The notes: generated by a model not told the origin, from the sequence alone. Shown: positions 1 to 9,718, counted from the first letter of the whole stretch. The stretch is 63,996 bases of DNA, filler included, from Candidatus Hydrogenedentota bacterium (GCA_040752395.1; 13 parts of 13 records of this genome joined end to end with filler, not necessarily neighbours in it); one strand, 5' to 3'. Numbers and translations: made by a program.

Positions 1-189
1 GCCCGGAGCCTGCTGAAAAGTCTTGAGTCTTGAGTCCTGTTTTGACTCACGACTTGCGACTCACGACTCTTTTTATATCATCTTTAGTTTTTCATACTTT
101 GTGTAGAGCACAAGAACGCAATAACCCAATAACCCAATAACGCAAGAACGCAATAGTGTAGAGCGTAAACCTCGTTCATGTTGACTCCT
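1..189 (-). repeat. Mosaic intergenic repeat (modules A-B-C-D, start of E) downstream of dxr
   Basis: Reverse complement closely matches 4847-5030 and 46851-46975. Confidence 0.9.
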
Positions 190-232
190 ATCAGGATATA
201 GTGTCACGAACCAGAAAAGTCAATGGAAAGTT

Positions 233-1357
233 TCACGTTTTTATCTTGTTTTTTACAAAATCGATAAATTGTAGCAAATCAGATATGTTTGTTATTACAA
301 CATTGTCAATATCAGCCAGAGCATTTTCTATTATTAGTGGTATATCAGTAAATTTTATTTTTTTCTGCAAGAAAGACACCACACTTTTATCATTTGCGAC
401 ATTTAGAACACAGGGTTTGGTACCGCCTTCTCTCATTGCTTCATAAGCTAATTTTAGACAGGGATACCGGGCAAAATCAACCTCTTCAAAATTTAAGTGT
501 TTGATCTCTTTTAATGAGAATTGAGGTATGCTTCTTTTTAATCTCTCAGGATATGAGAGAGCATATTGTATAGGTAGTTTCATATCAGCTGGTCCCAGTT
601 GAGCAAGAAGACTGCCATCCACTGTTTCTATAAGAGAATGAATTATACTTTGAGGATGTATAACAACTTCTATTTTATTAACGTCCATATCAAACAGATA
701 GCAGGCTTCTATGACTTCAAACCCTTTATTCATCATTGTTGCTGAATCTATTGTTATCTTTTTTCCCATATTCCATGTAGGATGATTCAAGGCTTGTTGT
801 ACAGTAACTTCTTTTAATTTTTTAAGTGGTAACTTTCTAAAAGGGCCGCCGGAAGCTGTGAGTATTATTTTCTCTATATTTTTTTTAAGCTCGGCCTGAA
901 TACATTGAAACACGGCGCTATGTTCAGAATCTATGGGTATTATCTCGGCTTTGTTTTTTTCTGCCACCTCTTTTATTATTTTACCGCCGCTTACAAGGAC
1001 CTCTTTGTTTGCAAGCGCTACTCGTTTGGCTGATTTTAAGGCTTCATAAGTCGGGAGTAGACCACAGACACCGGAAAAAGCACTTACCACGATATCTACA
1101 TCATCGCTTTTAACTATATCAAGCACATATTCAATCCCGTATTTTAATGGTATGGATTTATCTTTTATTTTGTTATTTTTTTCAGTTAAAATAATTAATT
1201 CAGGTTTGAATTTATAAAACTGCTGGATTAATAGTCTGGCATTACTACCTGCGACAAGAGCCTTTATTTGAAATCTATCTTTATGAAGGTTGATAACCTC
1301 AAGAGTGTTTCTGCCGATAGAACCAGTTGACCCTAATATAACAACCTTCTTTCTCAA
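233..1357 (-). CDS. dxr: 1-deoxy-D-xylulose 5-phosphate reductoisomerase
   Basis: ILGSTGSIG, LANKE, PIDSEHSA, TASGGPFR, HPTWNMGKKITIDSATMMNKG motifs; frr-uppS-cdsA-dxr order. Confidence 0.97.
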   Translation of the reverse strand: MRKKVVILGSTGSIGRNTLEVINLHKDRFQIKALVAGSNARLLIQQFYKFKPELIILTEKNNKIKDKSIPLKYGIEYVLDIVKSDDVDIVVSAFSGVCGLLPTYEALKSAKRVALANKEVLVSGGKIIKEVAEKNKAEIIPIDSEHSAVFQCIQAELKKNIEKIILTASGGPFRKLPLKKLKEVTVQQALNHPTWNMGKKITIDSATMMNKGFEVIEACYLFDMDVNKIEVVIHPQSIIHSLIETVDGSLLAQLGPADMKLPIQYALSYPERLKRSIPQFSLKEIKHLNFEEVDFARYPCLKLAYEAMREGGTKPCVLNVANDKSVVSFLQKKIKFTDIPLIIENALADIDNVVITNISDLLQFIDFVKNKIKT

Positions 1358-2232
1358 AAATTGCCACCCCTGATTAATGAATAAATTAACAATGGCAGGG
1401 CATTAAAAATTGTACTGTCAAGTGCGTCTAAAATACCTCCATGACCGGCTAATAATATCCCTGAATCCTTAACACCTGCTTCTCGCTTAATCAATGATTC
1501 AACAAGGTCACCAAATTGACCCGTCAAAGATAAAATAATCCCCAAAAATAGAATACTTTTTAAACTCACAGAAAAATATCCCAGCTTAAATAATATTAGT
1601 GATGTTATAACACTGAACAGTATACCTCCGATAGCTCCCTCAACAGTTTTATTCGAGCTTACTCTTCTTGATAATGGTCTTTTACCTATGAGACTACCAA
1701 TTATAAAGGCGCCAACATCTGTCATCCATGAGATAATAAAAAAACAGAGTATGTAATTATCCGCTTTTTCTGTCTGTCTTATAAGAATGTAGAGAGAAGA
1801 TAAAACAGGCACATAAAAGAAGCCTGCTACAGAGAGACTTGCGGCTTTAAAAGCATTCTGAATATTATGTCTGATGATTGAAAATAACAATGAAAATAGT
1901 ATAATAAACATTCCTATAAGCATTATACTCGCTGATAAGAGAAAAAAACCATAGACAAAACTTATTTTGATCACAGCATTTTTAATAAAAAGCGAAGCGA
2001 TAAGCAATGATAACCCTGAAACTAAAAAAATAATACCATTTATCTGGGGTTCTATATTTTTTAATAGATGATACAATTCAAGATTACCCAATATAAAAAT
2101 AACAATCATTAAAATATCAAAAAAACTGATGTTTATACCCTTGTATATATTAAAAGAATAAGATGATTTAATGCAAAAAATTATAATCGGGATAAAAACA
2201 ATAGCTACTAAAATACGTTTTAATAAATTCAT
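1354..2232 (-). CDS. cdsA: Phosphatidate cytidylyltransferase
   Basis: Multi-TM; KTVEG, GDLVESLIKR..GVKDSG..GHGG.LD motif; synteny. Confidence 0.93.
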   Translation of the reverse strand: MNLLKRILVAIVFIPIIIFCIKSSYSFNIYKGINISFFDILMIVIFILGNLELYHLLKNIEPQINGIIFLVSGLSLLIASLFIKNAVIKISFVYGFFLLSASIMLIGMFIILFSLLFSIIRHNIQNAFKAASLSVAGFFYVPVLSSLYILIRQTEKADNYILCFFIISWMTDVGAFIIGSLIGKRPLSRRVSSNKTVEGAIGGILFSVITSLILFKLGYFSVSLKSILFLGIILSLTGQFGDLVESLIKREAGVKDSGILLAGHGGILDALDSTIFNALPLLIYSLIRGGNF

Positions 2233-2975
2233 ACTGTACCGAATCTCCTTACACGTTTCTGATAATCAAGTATAGCCTGTATAAATTCTTGTGGCGTAAA
2301 ATCGGGCCAGAGGGTATCTGTAATCCATATCTCAGCATACGCAGACTGATAGAGAAGAAAATTACTGATTCTATATTCACCACTTGTTCTAATAAGCAAA
2401 TCCACATCAGGCTGGTCTTCTGTATAAAGATATCTTTTGAAGGTATCTTCATCAAGTTTATTAATGATATTTTTGTTTTCTTGCAGTATTTTTTTACAGG
2501 CATCAACTATCTCAGTTTTAGCTCCGTAGTTCAATGCAAGGGTCAGTAGGGGGCCTGTATTTTTTTTAAGTCTATCAATACTTTGATAAAGTATTTTAAC
2601 AATTTCCCGTGGCAGTTCATTAACTCTACCTATTGCATTCAGTCTTACATTATTCTCATCAAGTTCTTGTACTTCTCTTTTTAGATATTCTTTTAACAGT
2701 CTCATCAGTGCGTTAATCTCACTTGCAGGTCTCTGCCAGTTTTCTCTGCTGAAAGCATATAATGTAATATATTTAAGTCCGATAATCTTTCCAGTTTTTA
2801 CAATCTTTTTTACTGTTTTCACTCCTTCTCTATGTCCAAAAATTCTTGGTTTCTTTCGAAGTTTAGCCCAGCGGCCATTACCATCCATAATAATAGCAGT
2901 ATGTTGAGGTAGTCTTGTATAATCTATTTTATTCAATAAAGGTTTTATCTCCTTTTGCCAGGATTCTTCAGACAT
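2229..2975 (-). CDS. uppS: Undecaprenyl diphosphate synthase
   Basis: IIMDGNGRWA, FSRENWQRP, DLLIRTSGEYRISNFLLYQ. Confidence 0.97.
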   Translation of the reverse strand: MSEESWQKEIKPLLNKIDYTRLPQHTAIIMDGNGRWAKLRKKPRIFGHREGVKTVKKIVKTGKIIGLKYITLYAFSRENWQRPASEINALMRLLKEYLKREVQELDENNVRLNAIGRVNELPREIVKILYQSIDRLKKNTGPLLTLALNYGAKTEIVDACKKILQENKNIINKLDEDTFKRYLYTEDQPDVDLLIRTSGEYRISNFLLYQSAYAEIWITDTLWPDFTPQEFIQAILDYQKRVRRFGTV

Positions 2976-2980
2976 AAATT

Positions 2981-3535
2981 TTAGACTTCCGTAATCTCTT
3001 TTTCTTTAGCTGCCACAAGTTCATCTATCTTTTTTATATAATCATCTGTAATTTTTTGTATTTCTTTTTGATTTCGTCTCTCGTCATCCTCGGTGATCAA
3101 AGTTTTCGTTTTCATAGATTTTACTTCTTCGTTTGCATCACGTCTTATATTTCGTATAGATACTCTCATTTCTTCAGCGGTCTTTTTAATCATTTTAACG
3201 AGTTCTTTTCTTCTCTCTTCAGTTAAAGGAGGTATCGGGACTCTTATTATATTACCATCATTCGAGGGATTTAAACCAAGATTTGAGGAACGGATAGCTT
3301 TTTCTATTGCTTGAATTACACTTTTATCCCAGGCCTGGATTGTTATCATTCTTGGTTCTGGAATATTCAGGGAACCGAGCTGATTTATTGGCATCTGAGT
3401 TCCATAGGCTTCTACTTTTATAGCATCAAGCAGATTTAATGATGCCCTGCCTGTACGTATTGATTGAAACTCTTTCTTTAAAGCCTGAATAACTTTCTCC
3501 ATTTTTTCTTTTACTGTTTTAATAACTTTCTCCAT
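2981..3535 (-). CDS. frr: Ribosome recycling factor (likely start ATG 3535)
   Basis: IRTGRAS, PPLTEERRKELVK, RNIRRDAN; the ORF extension to 3577 lies in repeat DNA. Confidence 0.96.
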   Translation of the reverse strand: MEKVIKTVKEKMEKVIQALKKEFQSIRTGRASLNLLDAIKVEAYGTQMPINQLGSLNIPEPRMITIQAWDKSVIQAIEKAIRSSNLGLNPSNDGNIIRVPIPPLTEERRKELVKMIKKTAEEMRVSIRNIRRDANEEVKSMKTKTLITEDDERRNQKEIQKITDDYIKKIDELVAAKEKEITEV

Positions 3536-3544
3536 ATAGAACCC

Positions 3545-3952
3545 CCTTTTGTTGCTTCGCTCCATTGCAAATTGCAAATATTAAATTGCAAAATGTTTCT
3601 TCCCATCACTTTACAATCTCCAATCTTTACCCCGTTAGATAAGTCAAAATTACATCTAATCATAATTAGATACCACCAGGTATCTAAGGTGGTGAAATTT
3701 GCAATTCGACATGCGCGGCGAGTCGACTCAGTCTACTACGGGTCTTGTGCCCCTCACTACTTCGAAAAACTTCGCAACTCTAATAATTCGGGGTACAGAC
3801 TACAGGCTACGGACTACAGCCGGCTGGAGACAAAAGCCCGGAGCCTGCTGAAAAGTCTTAAGTCTTGAGTCTTGGGTCTCGAGTCCTGTTTTGACTCACG
3901 ACTCTCGACTCCCGACCCCTAACCCCTAACCGACGCCCCCTAATATACCCCA
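3545..3952 (-). repeat. Mosaic intergenic repeat (D-E, G variant, palindromes, TTGCAAT heptamers) upstream of frr
   Basis: 3780-3915 matches 4970-5095 in reverse; palindrome ttagatacc-acca-ggtatctaa at 3666-3687; the contig ends in it. Confidence 0.85.
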
Positions 3953-4052
3953 NNNNNNNNNNNNNNNNNNNNNNNNNNNNNNNNNNNNNNNNNNNNTTAA
4001 TTAATTAANNNNNNNNNNNNNNNNNNNNNNNNNNNNNNNNNNNNNNNNNNNN
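3953..4052. other. Artificial contig linker. Same linker at 8005-8104, 12001-12100, 31019-31118, 34995-35094, 38925-39024, 42852-42951, 46751-46850, 50596-50695, 54368-54467, 58120-58219, 61849-61948
   Basis: Identical 100-nt N-run spacers with a central TTAATTAATTAA six-frame stop. Confidence 0.99.
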
Positions 4053-4237
4053 AGCTTTTGACCGAGGAATGAGGCGTCATCTTCCTAATCGTGGTCATGC
4101 CACACATTTTATGAAGACGTGTTCCTCATCACCTCGGAATAACATATACAATAATTTGCAATTTTTGCAACTAAACAGACAATTATTATGAGAGAAATGA
4201 AAGGAGAAATAACAGGATTACTTTTGAGGGGTTATAA

Positions 4238-4837
4238 ATGATTGAGAGTATAAAAGGAAGACTTATAAGAAAAGAACCGTTAACAGTCTATCTTGAGGTC
4301 GGTAGTTTCGTATTAAAAATAAATGTTCCTTTATCAAGTCACGATAAATTAGGAAGGATTGGTGATAATGTTACTCTTTTATGCCATCTCTATATAAGAG
4401 AAGATGACCTTCAGATTTATGGCTTTGCTACCGAAGAAGAAAGAACCCTCTTCAGATTACTGATAACTGTAAAACAAATCTCCTGCAGGATAGCATCCCA
4501 GATACTTTCAAACATTGATATCGAAACTTTAAGTAAATCAATCGCTACAAAGGACGTTGCTTTACTTCGCACTATCCCTGGTGTCGGGGAGCGGCTCGCA
4601 GGAAGGATCGTTGTTGAACTCGCTGATAAAATAAAAAAGATTAAACCAGCAATAGGTAAAGCTGAAGCCGGATTGGGGATTGATGAAAGTTTATACGAGG
4701 ATACCAGAGATGCATTGATAACTTTGGGATATAACAAGAAAGAATCTGAAAATGCTATATCAAGGGTTTTACGAAGTGGATATAAACCACTTGATACAGC
4801 AGATTTGATAAAAAGATGTCTAAAAGAAATGATATAA
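4238..4837 (+). CDS. ruvA: Holliday junction DNA-binding protein RuvA
   Basis: HLYIRED..IYGF..EER..FRLL, IPGVG..LA.RIVVEL, ALITLGY; upstream of ruvB. Confidence 0.93.
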   Translation: MIESIKGRLIRKEPLTVYLEVGSFVLKINVPLSSHDKLGRIGDNVTLLCHLYIREDDLQIYGFATEEERTLFRLLITVKQISCRIASQILSNIDIETLSKSIATKDVALLRTIPGVGERLAGRIVVELADKIKKIKPAIGKAEAGLGIDESLYEDTRDALITLGYNKKESENAISRVLRSGYKPLDTADLIKRCLKEMI

Positions 4838-4846
4838 GTTTTTTAG

Positions 4847-5103
4847 AGGAGTACTCATGAGCGCGGTTTGCGCTCTACACTATTGGGTTCTTGGGTTATT
4901 GGGTTATTGCGTTTTTGTGCTCTATACAAAGGATGAAAAACTAAAGATGATATGAAAAGAGTCGTGAGTCGCAAGTCGTGAGTCAAAACAGGACTCGAGA
5001 CTCAAGACTTTTCAGCAGGCTTTGGGCTTTTTGCTTCAGCCGGCTGTAGTCCGTAGCCCGTAGCCCGAATTATTAGAGTTACAGCGTTTTTCGAAGGAGC
5101 TAT
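4847..5103 (+). repeat. Most complete mosaic element (A-B-C-D-E-G) between ruvA and ruvB
   Basis: Starts AGGAG-tactc-ATG-GAGCGC hairpin and ends agagttacagcgtttttcgaAGGAG before the ruvB ATG. Confidence 0.9.
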
Positions 5104-6117
5104 ATGGTTGATAGATTTATTAAACCTACACAAGTAGAAGAAGCTGATATTGAAAATAGTTTAAGACCTAAAACTATTGAAGAATTTATAGGACAGGAGG
5201 AGATAAAATCAAACCTCAGAGTTTTTATTGATGCTACAAAAAAAAGGAACGAACCACTTGATCATGTGCTTATTTATGGGCCACCTGGTCTTGGAAAAAC
5301 CACGCTTGCTTATATTATTGCCTCTGAACTTAATGCTACAATAAAAGGCACCTCTGGTCCTGCGATAGAGAAAAAGGGTGAGTTAACGGGCCTGCTCACT
5401 GATTTAGAAGATAAATCCGTATTCTTTATTGATGAGATACACAGACTTAATCCGATGATTGAAGAGATTTTATATCCTGCGATGGAAGATTTTGAGTTTG
5501 ATATAGTAATTGGTAAAGGGCCTGGTGCAAGAAGCGTGAAAATTACAGTATCACCGTTTACTCTTGTTGGTGCTACCACACGTGCAGGTATGCTGACCTC
5601 GCCTTTACGGGAAAGGTTCGGGATAGTTTTTAAACTGCAATTTTATAATTATGAAGAGATAAAAAAGATTATTTTTCGGTCCGCAAATATACTTGGAGTT
5701 AAAATAGACGAGAAAGGGGCTGATATTATTGCGAGGCGCAGCAGGGGCACCCCACGCGTTGCTAACCGTTTGTTAAGAAGAACAAAGGATTTTGCTGAGA
5801 TACTCGGTGACGGCTCTATAACTGAAAAAATCGCTATTGAAGCAATGAGACGGCTTGATATAGATGAGGAAGGATTGACTTCGGAAATCAGAGAATATCT
5901 TAAAACTATTATTGAAAAATATTCCACCGGCCCAGTAGGATTGAAAACACTTGCTATATCAATCGGTGAGAGTGAGGATACTATTGAGGATATTTATGAA
6001 CCTATTCTTATTCAAAAAGGCTTTATAAAACGAACACCATCAGGTAGAAAAGCTACTGAAATCGCTTGCAAATTTCTCGGTTATAACATAACTAAAGACC
6101 AGACAGATATTTTTTGA
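5104..6117 (+). CDS. ruvB: Holliday junction helicase RuvB
   Basis: LRPK..EFIGQ, GPPGLGKTTLA, FIDEIHRL, GATTRAG, RGTPRVANRLL. Confidence 0.98.
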   Translation: MVDRFIKPTQVEEADIENSLRPKTIEEFIGQEEIKSNLRVFIDATKKRNEPLDHVLIYGPPGLGKTTLAYIIASELNATIKGTSGPAIEKKGELTGLLTDLEDKSVFFIDEIHRLNPMIEEILYPAMEDFEFDIVIGKGPGARSVKITVSPFTLVGATTRAGMLTSPLRERFGIVFKLQFYNYEEIKKIIFRSANILGVKIDEKGADIIARRSRGTPRVANRLLRRTKDFAEILGDGSITEKIAIEAMRRLDIDEEGLTSEIREYLKTIIEKYSTGPVGLKTLAISIGESEDTIEDIYEPILIQKGFIKRTPSGRKATEIACKFLGYNITKDQTDIF

Positions 6118-6177
6118 TTAAAAAAGTAAACTTTTTTGTTAAAATTGTCGTCTAATATAGAAGAACGAAATCTCTCA

Positions 6178-6266
6178 GAACGTGTGAAAAAATTAGACTT
6201 TTTCAGAAAACAGGGGCTGATAATAAAAGAGTTGCCCGGTATTAATGATGGTTATTTCACACGTTC
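6178..6266. mobile_element. 89-bp MITE-like element with 12-bp TIRs and TCA direct repeats
   Basis: tca-GAACGTGTGAAA...TTTCACACGTTC-tca. Confidence 0.6.
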
Positions 6267-6352
6267 TCAGTTAGAGGTGGTAAAGAAATAAGAAGTGAGA
6301 AGCAAGATTAAGTAACTCCACGAAGAATGAGGGGATAGCAGAGGAAAATTAT

Positions 6353-7477
6353 ATGTTTAAAAAAACAAGATTTTTTTTAATAAGCTTATTAATTATAATA
6401 TTTATCTGGTTAACGAGGGGACTACTTATCTCAATAGAAGGGAAAGGTGTGAACAACTTTTTTAGTGATGGTTATATAACTTTTTTTGAAGGCGATGTTT
6501 TTTATTATAGCTATATAGATGATACATGGGAGACCGTTACTGATTCTTTCCCCATAGGTATGAATGATATTATAAAAGTAAATGATGATTCTTTGTGTGA
6601 AATAACTTTTAAAGATAAAAGCATCATTACGCTTGAAGAAAATACTCAAATAGAAATAAAAGAATTACGAATAAAAGATAGAAAGAAAAATATTAAGCTT
6701 CATCTTGACTATGGTAACCTTAATTCACTTGTTGAAAAAATTTCGTCCTGGGGTTCTTATTTTGAAATAGAATCACCTGCTGCTGTAGTAGGTGTAAGGG
6801 GTACTGAGTTCGATGTCAGTTATGAAAAAGAAGATGAGGTTGAGGTTGATGTGTATGATGGTGAGGTTGAGGTTGGAAGAAGAGATGATAAAGGGAATAT
6901 CGTTGAAAAAGATTATCTAAAGAAAGACCAGTTTGTTAATATTCTGAAAAATAGAGAGATACAGAAGTTCCATAAACTCAATGAAAACAGGAAAGCTTTA
7001 AGAGAGTACGTAAAAAATCGTATCCAGTATGCTAAACTTGATAGATCAGTCCGGGAGCTTAATAAGAATATAAATACTCTCCAGATGAAGGCTATTAAAT
7101 CATCACAAAAGGAGCGTCAGATAATCCAGGAAAAACTTAATAGACTTTATGAATCAAGAGAAGAATTATCACAGAGCCGAAATCTCAAAGCTATTAAACT
7201 TTCTAATATGGAAGAAAAAGTTAAAAATTTAAGAGATAAAAGAAAAGAGAAAATTAAAGAATTCAAAAAGAGTGTGATGAATAGATTTAAAGATAGAATT
7301 AAACAATTACCAAAGGATAAAAGAGAGAAGATCATAAAAAACAGGCTTCAGAGATTATCACCAGAGAAACGTCAACAATTAATTAAAAAGAACCCTCGTT
7401 TACAGGAAAAGGTGCAGAGGTTAAAACCACAAAATAAGAGGGATAAAGAAATAAGACGCCCTGTACGTCGAAGATGA
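6353..7477 (+). CDS. Membrane-anchored/exported FecR-domain protein with basic coiled-coil C-terminus
   Basis: N-terminal hydrophobic helix; EIESPAAVVGVRGTEFDV...VDVYDGEVEV FecR-like motif; K/R/E-rich tail. Confidence 0.7.
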   Translation: MFKKTRFFLISLLIIIFIWLTRGLLISIEGKGVNNFFSDGYITFFEGDVFYYSYIDDTWETVTDSFPIGMNDIIKVNDDSLCEITFKDKSIITLEENTQIEIKELRIKDRKKNIKLHLDYGNLNSLVEKISSWGSYFEIESPAAVVGVRGTEFDVSYEKEDEVEVDVYDGEVEVGRRDDKGNIVEKDYLKKDQFVNILKNREIQKFHKLNENRKALREYVKNRIQYAKLDRSVRELNKNINTLQMKAIKSSQKERQIIQEKLNRLYESREELSQSRNLKAIKLSNMEEKVKNLRDKRKEKIKEFKKSVMNRFKDRIKQLPKDKREKIIKNRLQRLSPEKRQQLIKKNPRLQEKVQRLKPQNKRDKEIRRPVRRR

Positions 7478-7910
7478 CCTAAAAGAAGCTCTGGTCAACA
7501 TCTTCTCATCAGAACAAGTTATCGGCCACGAATCAACCCATATACTCCAGCAGCGTGAGGCTATCTCAACTAGCACAGATGCGTGGCTTCATGAAGGCGG
7601 TGCTGAGTGGGGAGGGAATGCAGGTCAGGTACGATCCGAGGGTTTAACACCAGCAATACTTAACGGACTTGAAAATCCATTAATTCTTGGATTTACATCT
7701 GATGATTACGCTGAAGCTTATGAAGCACACAGATATATACAAGAAACTTATGGCAACAAAGTACTGGCTGATTTTTACCGCGGGCTTGAAGATAACCCTG
7801 CTTGCACTACGACCGATATCCATAATGCTTTAATCGTAGCTATCCAGCAGGTCGATCCTTCAGTGACGACTTTTGAATGCTTGTCTTTATGCCGCCCAGG
7901 GTCCCACTAA
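7455..7910 (+). pseudogene. Start-less zinc metallopeptidase (gluzincin-type) reading frame
   Basis: Manual translation: ...EQVIGHESTHILQQ...DAWLHEGGAEWGG...DDYAEAYEAHRYIQETYG...; absent from the ORF track because it has no early ATG/GTG/TTG. Confidence 0.6.
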
Positions 7911-8104
7911 GGTAAGTCCCGATGTTTCCACCTATGACTTTTTTCAACTCCTGTCTGCTGATCTTCTGGTTCTTTTTTAAATCCTTAATCTTGATTTTTA
8001 TTATNNNNNNNNNNNNNNNNNNNNNNNNNNNNNNNNNNNNNNNNNNNNTTAATTAATTAANNNNNNNNNNNNNNNNNNNNNNNNNNNNNNNNNNNNNNNN
8101 NNNN

Positions 8105-8988
8105 ATAGAAACTGAAATATTTGTGCCGTACATAAAATAATCTCTATGCATTAAAGCATTAGAAATTGCTTCTCTTAGAGCTTCTATTGGGAGCTCGTAT
8201 ATATCCTCTCGTCTCCAATCTTTTCTGTATCGATATCGTACATTAAGATGTTCTTCAAAAAATATTCGTGTTCTGGATAGATTTTCTAATAATCCGCTTT
8301 TAAATATTTTTCTATCAATCACATCAAATCGCTCTTTACCTTTAAAAACCACAGCATCTACATAGGCGCTTTGAAAAAATCTGCAGGGCTCTTTTGCGAA
8401 AAGAAGCACACCTGCATTATTGAATAAAAGATTATTCGATTTTTTTTGAGCAATATTTAAATTAATTAACACATCCTCTGTTTTATACTTTGTACTAATG
8501 TTAGCAGCTTCAAGATATTGTTTCCATAAGCTTTTATCAAAATCTTCAGGGTAGATAAAATTGTGGTTGATTTGAGTATCAAATCGAATTTTTGATTCAT
8601 CTATGGCAAATTGAATTATCTGGTCTCGGCTTAATTTTTGAGAATTCGGTCCCTGCCTTAAAAAAAATCCCTCTTTACATTGATAAGGTTTATTTGCCCC
8701 CTCTTCAATAGTAACAATAATAACGTTTCTCAGTGTCTGCATCGTAACTGGTATCTGGGGATCGCAATTTTTGGCAAGGTCAGTTATCTGGGATTTTAAA
8801 TTGTTAGTTATATTTATGCCCTTTATTTTACTGCTATCATCAATACCGATAAAAATATGTCCCCCTATGGAATTAGCAAACGCAGTTATATCTTTTGCTA
8901 TCGACGAGGTAAAAGATTCCTTAAATTCAATCGTCTGTCCTTCTCCTTGTTGCAATATTATTTCTAAATCTCGTTTAGTCAGTTTCAT
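8105..8988 (-). CDS. Schlafen/AlbA_2 plus RecG-C-like ATP-binding regulator (3' truncated by gap)
   Basis: GEGQTIEFKES, AFANSIGGHIFIGIDD, ALREAISNALMHRDY. Confidence 0.85.
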
Positions 8989-9009
8989 ATATTAATCTCT
9001 ACGTTAATG

Positions 9010-9037
9010 ATTATACTATAATAAACTCTAATGTCAA
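9010..9037 (-). promoter_or_regulatory. sigma70-type promoter of the AlbA_2 gene
   Basis: TTGACA-16 nt-TATAAT on the minus strand. Confidence 0.6.
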
Positions 9038-9053
9038 AAAAATATTCATTAAC

Positions 9054-9272
9054 AAAATCATAACTATAAATCCATGGATTATTGTGGAAGCAGTCCGCGG
9101 TGTAAAGAATTATAAGATGAATTATTGGGATTCTCTCATTTGGGCATCAGCCAAGTTAAATTAAATATTTGTGGTGATAAGTGAGGATTTTAACGACGGT
9201 GTGATTATTGAAAACGTAACGTTTCATAACCCTTTCAAACAAGGTTTCAGCATACATAAGATAAACCTGTAG
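9054..9272 (+). pseudogene. PIN/VapC toxin C-terminal remnant
   Basis: Translates YWDSLIWASAKLN*IFVVISEDFNDGVIIENVTFHNPF; in-frame TAA at 9162-9164; no start. Confidence 0.7.
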
Positions 9273-9528
9273 ACAGTATAAATACATCTGTAAAATATTT
9301 TATAAATTGGGGGCATTTCACTGAAGCAGTCAGCAATGACGGCAATAAAAACATTAATGTTAAACAAACCAAGATAACTTTTTTCATAACTTTTTCATCT
9401 CTCTAAGGGTACTTTTTTAACCACCCAACTAGCATAAAATGAATAATATTTAGAAGCAGTATAGTCCAATCACTTTTTCTAAGTTTTGCAGCAAAACTTT
9501 TCTGCCGGGGAACAAATAAGTTTAATCT

Positions 9529-9717
9529 TCAAAACTTGGGTTTAAGTCCTGCTTGTTTGCATAATTCATTTGCCGTTATCCTATCAATTATTCTATGTCT
9601 CTTAATAGGTACAGTTTTAATATCATCAGTATAGATAGAGTGATTTTTCCCTTCTCTTAATATATAATACCCATTCATTTCAAATTACTTTATTAAATCT
9701 CTTCGATATACGGATAT
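9529..9717 (-). pseudogene. hicA: HicA toxin pseudogene
   Basis: (ATA)SVYRRDLIK*FEMNGYYILREGKNHSIY...VPIKRH...ELCKQAGL; start is ATA, in-frame TAA at 9685-9687. Confidence 0.8.
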
Positions 9718-9718
9718 A

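Noticed and set aside
4847-5103. Integron attC interpretation of the mosaic elements
   Set aside because: No consistent RYYYAAC/GTTRRRY boxes were seen, they flank core genes, and no integrase is present.
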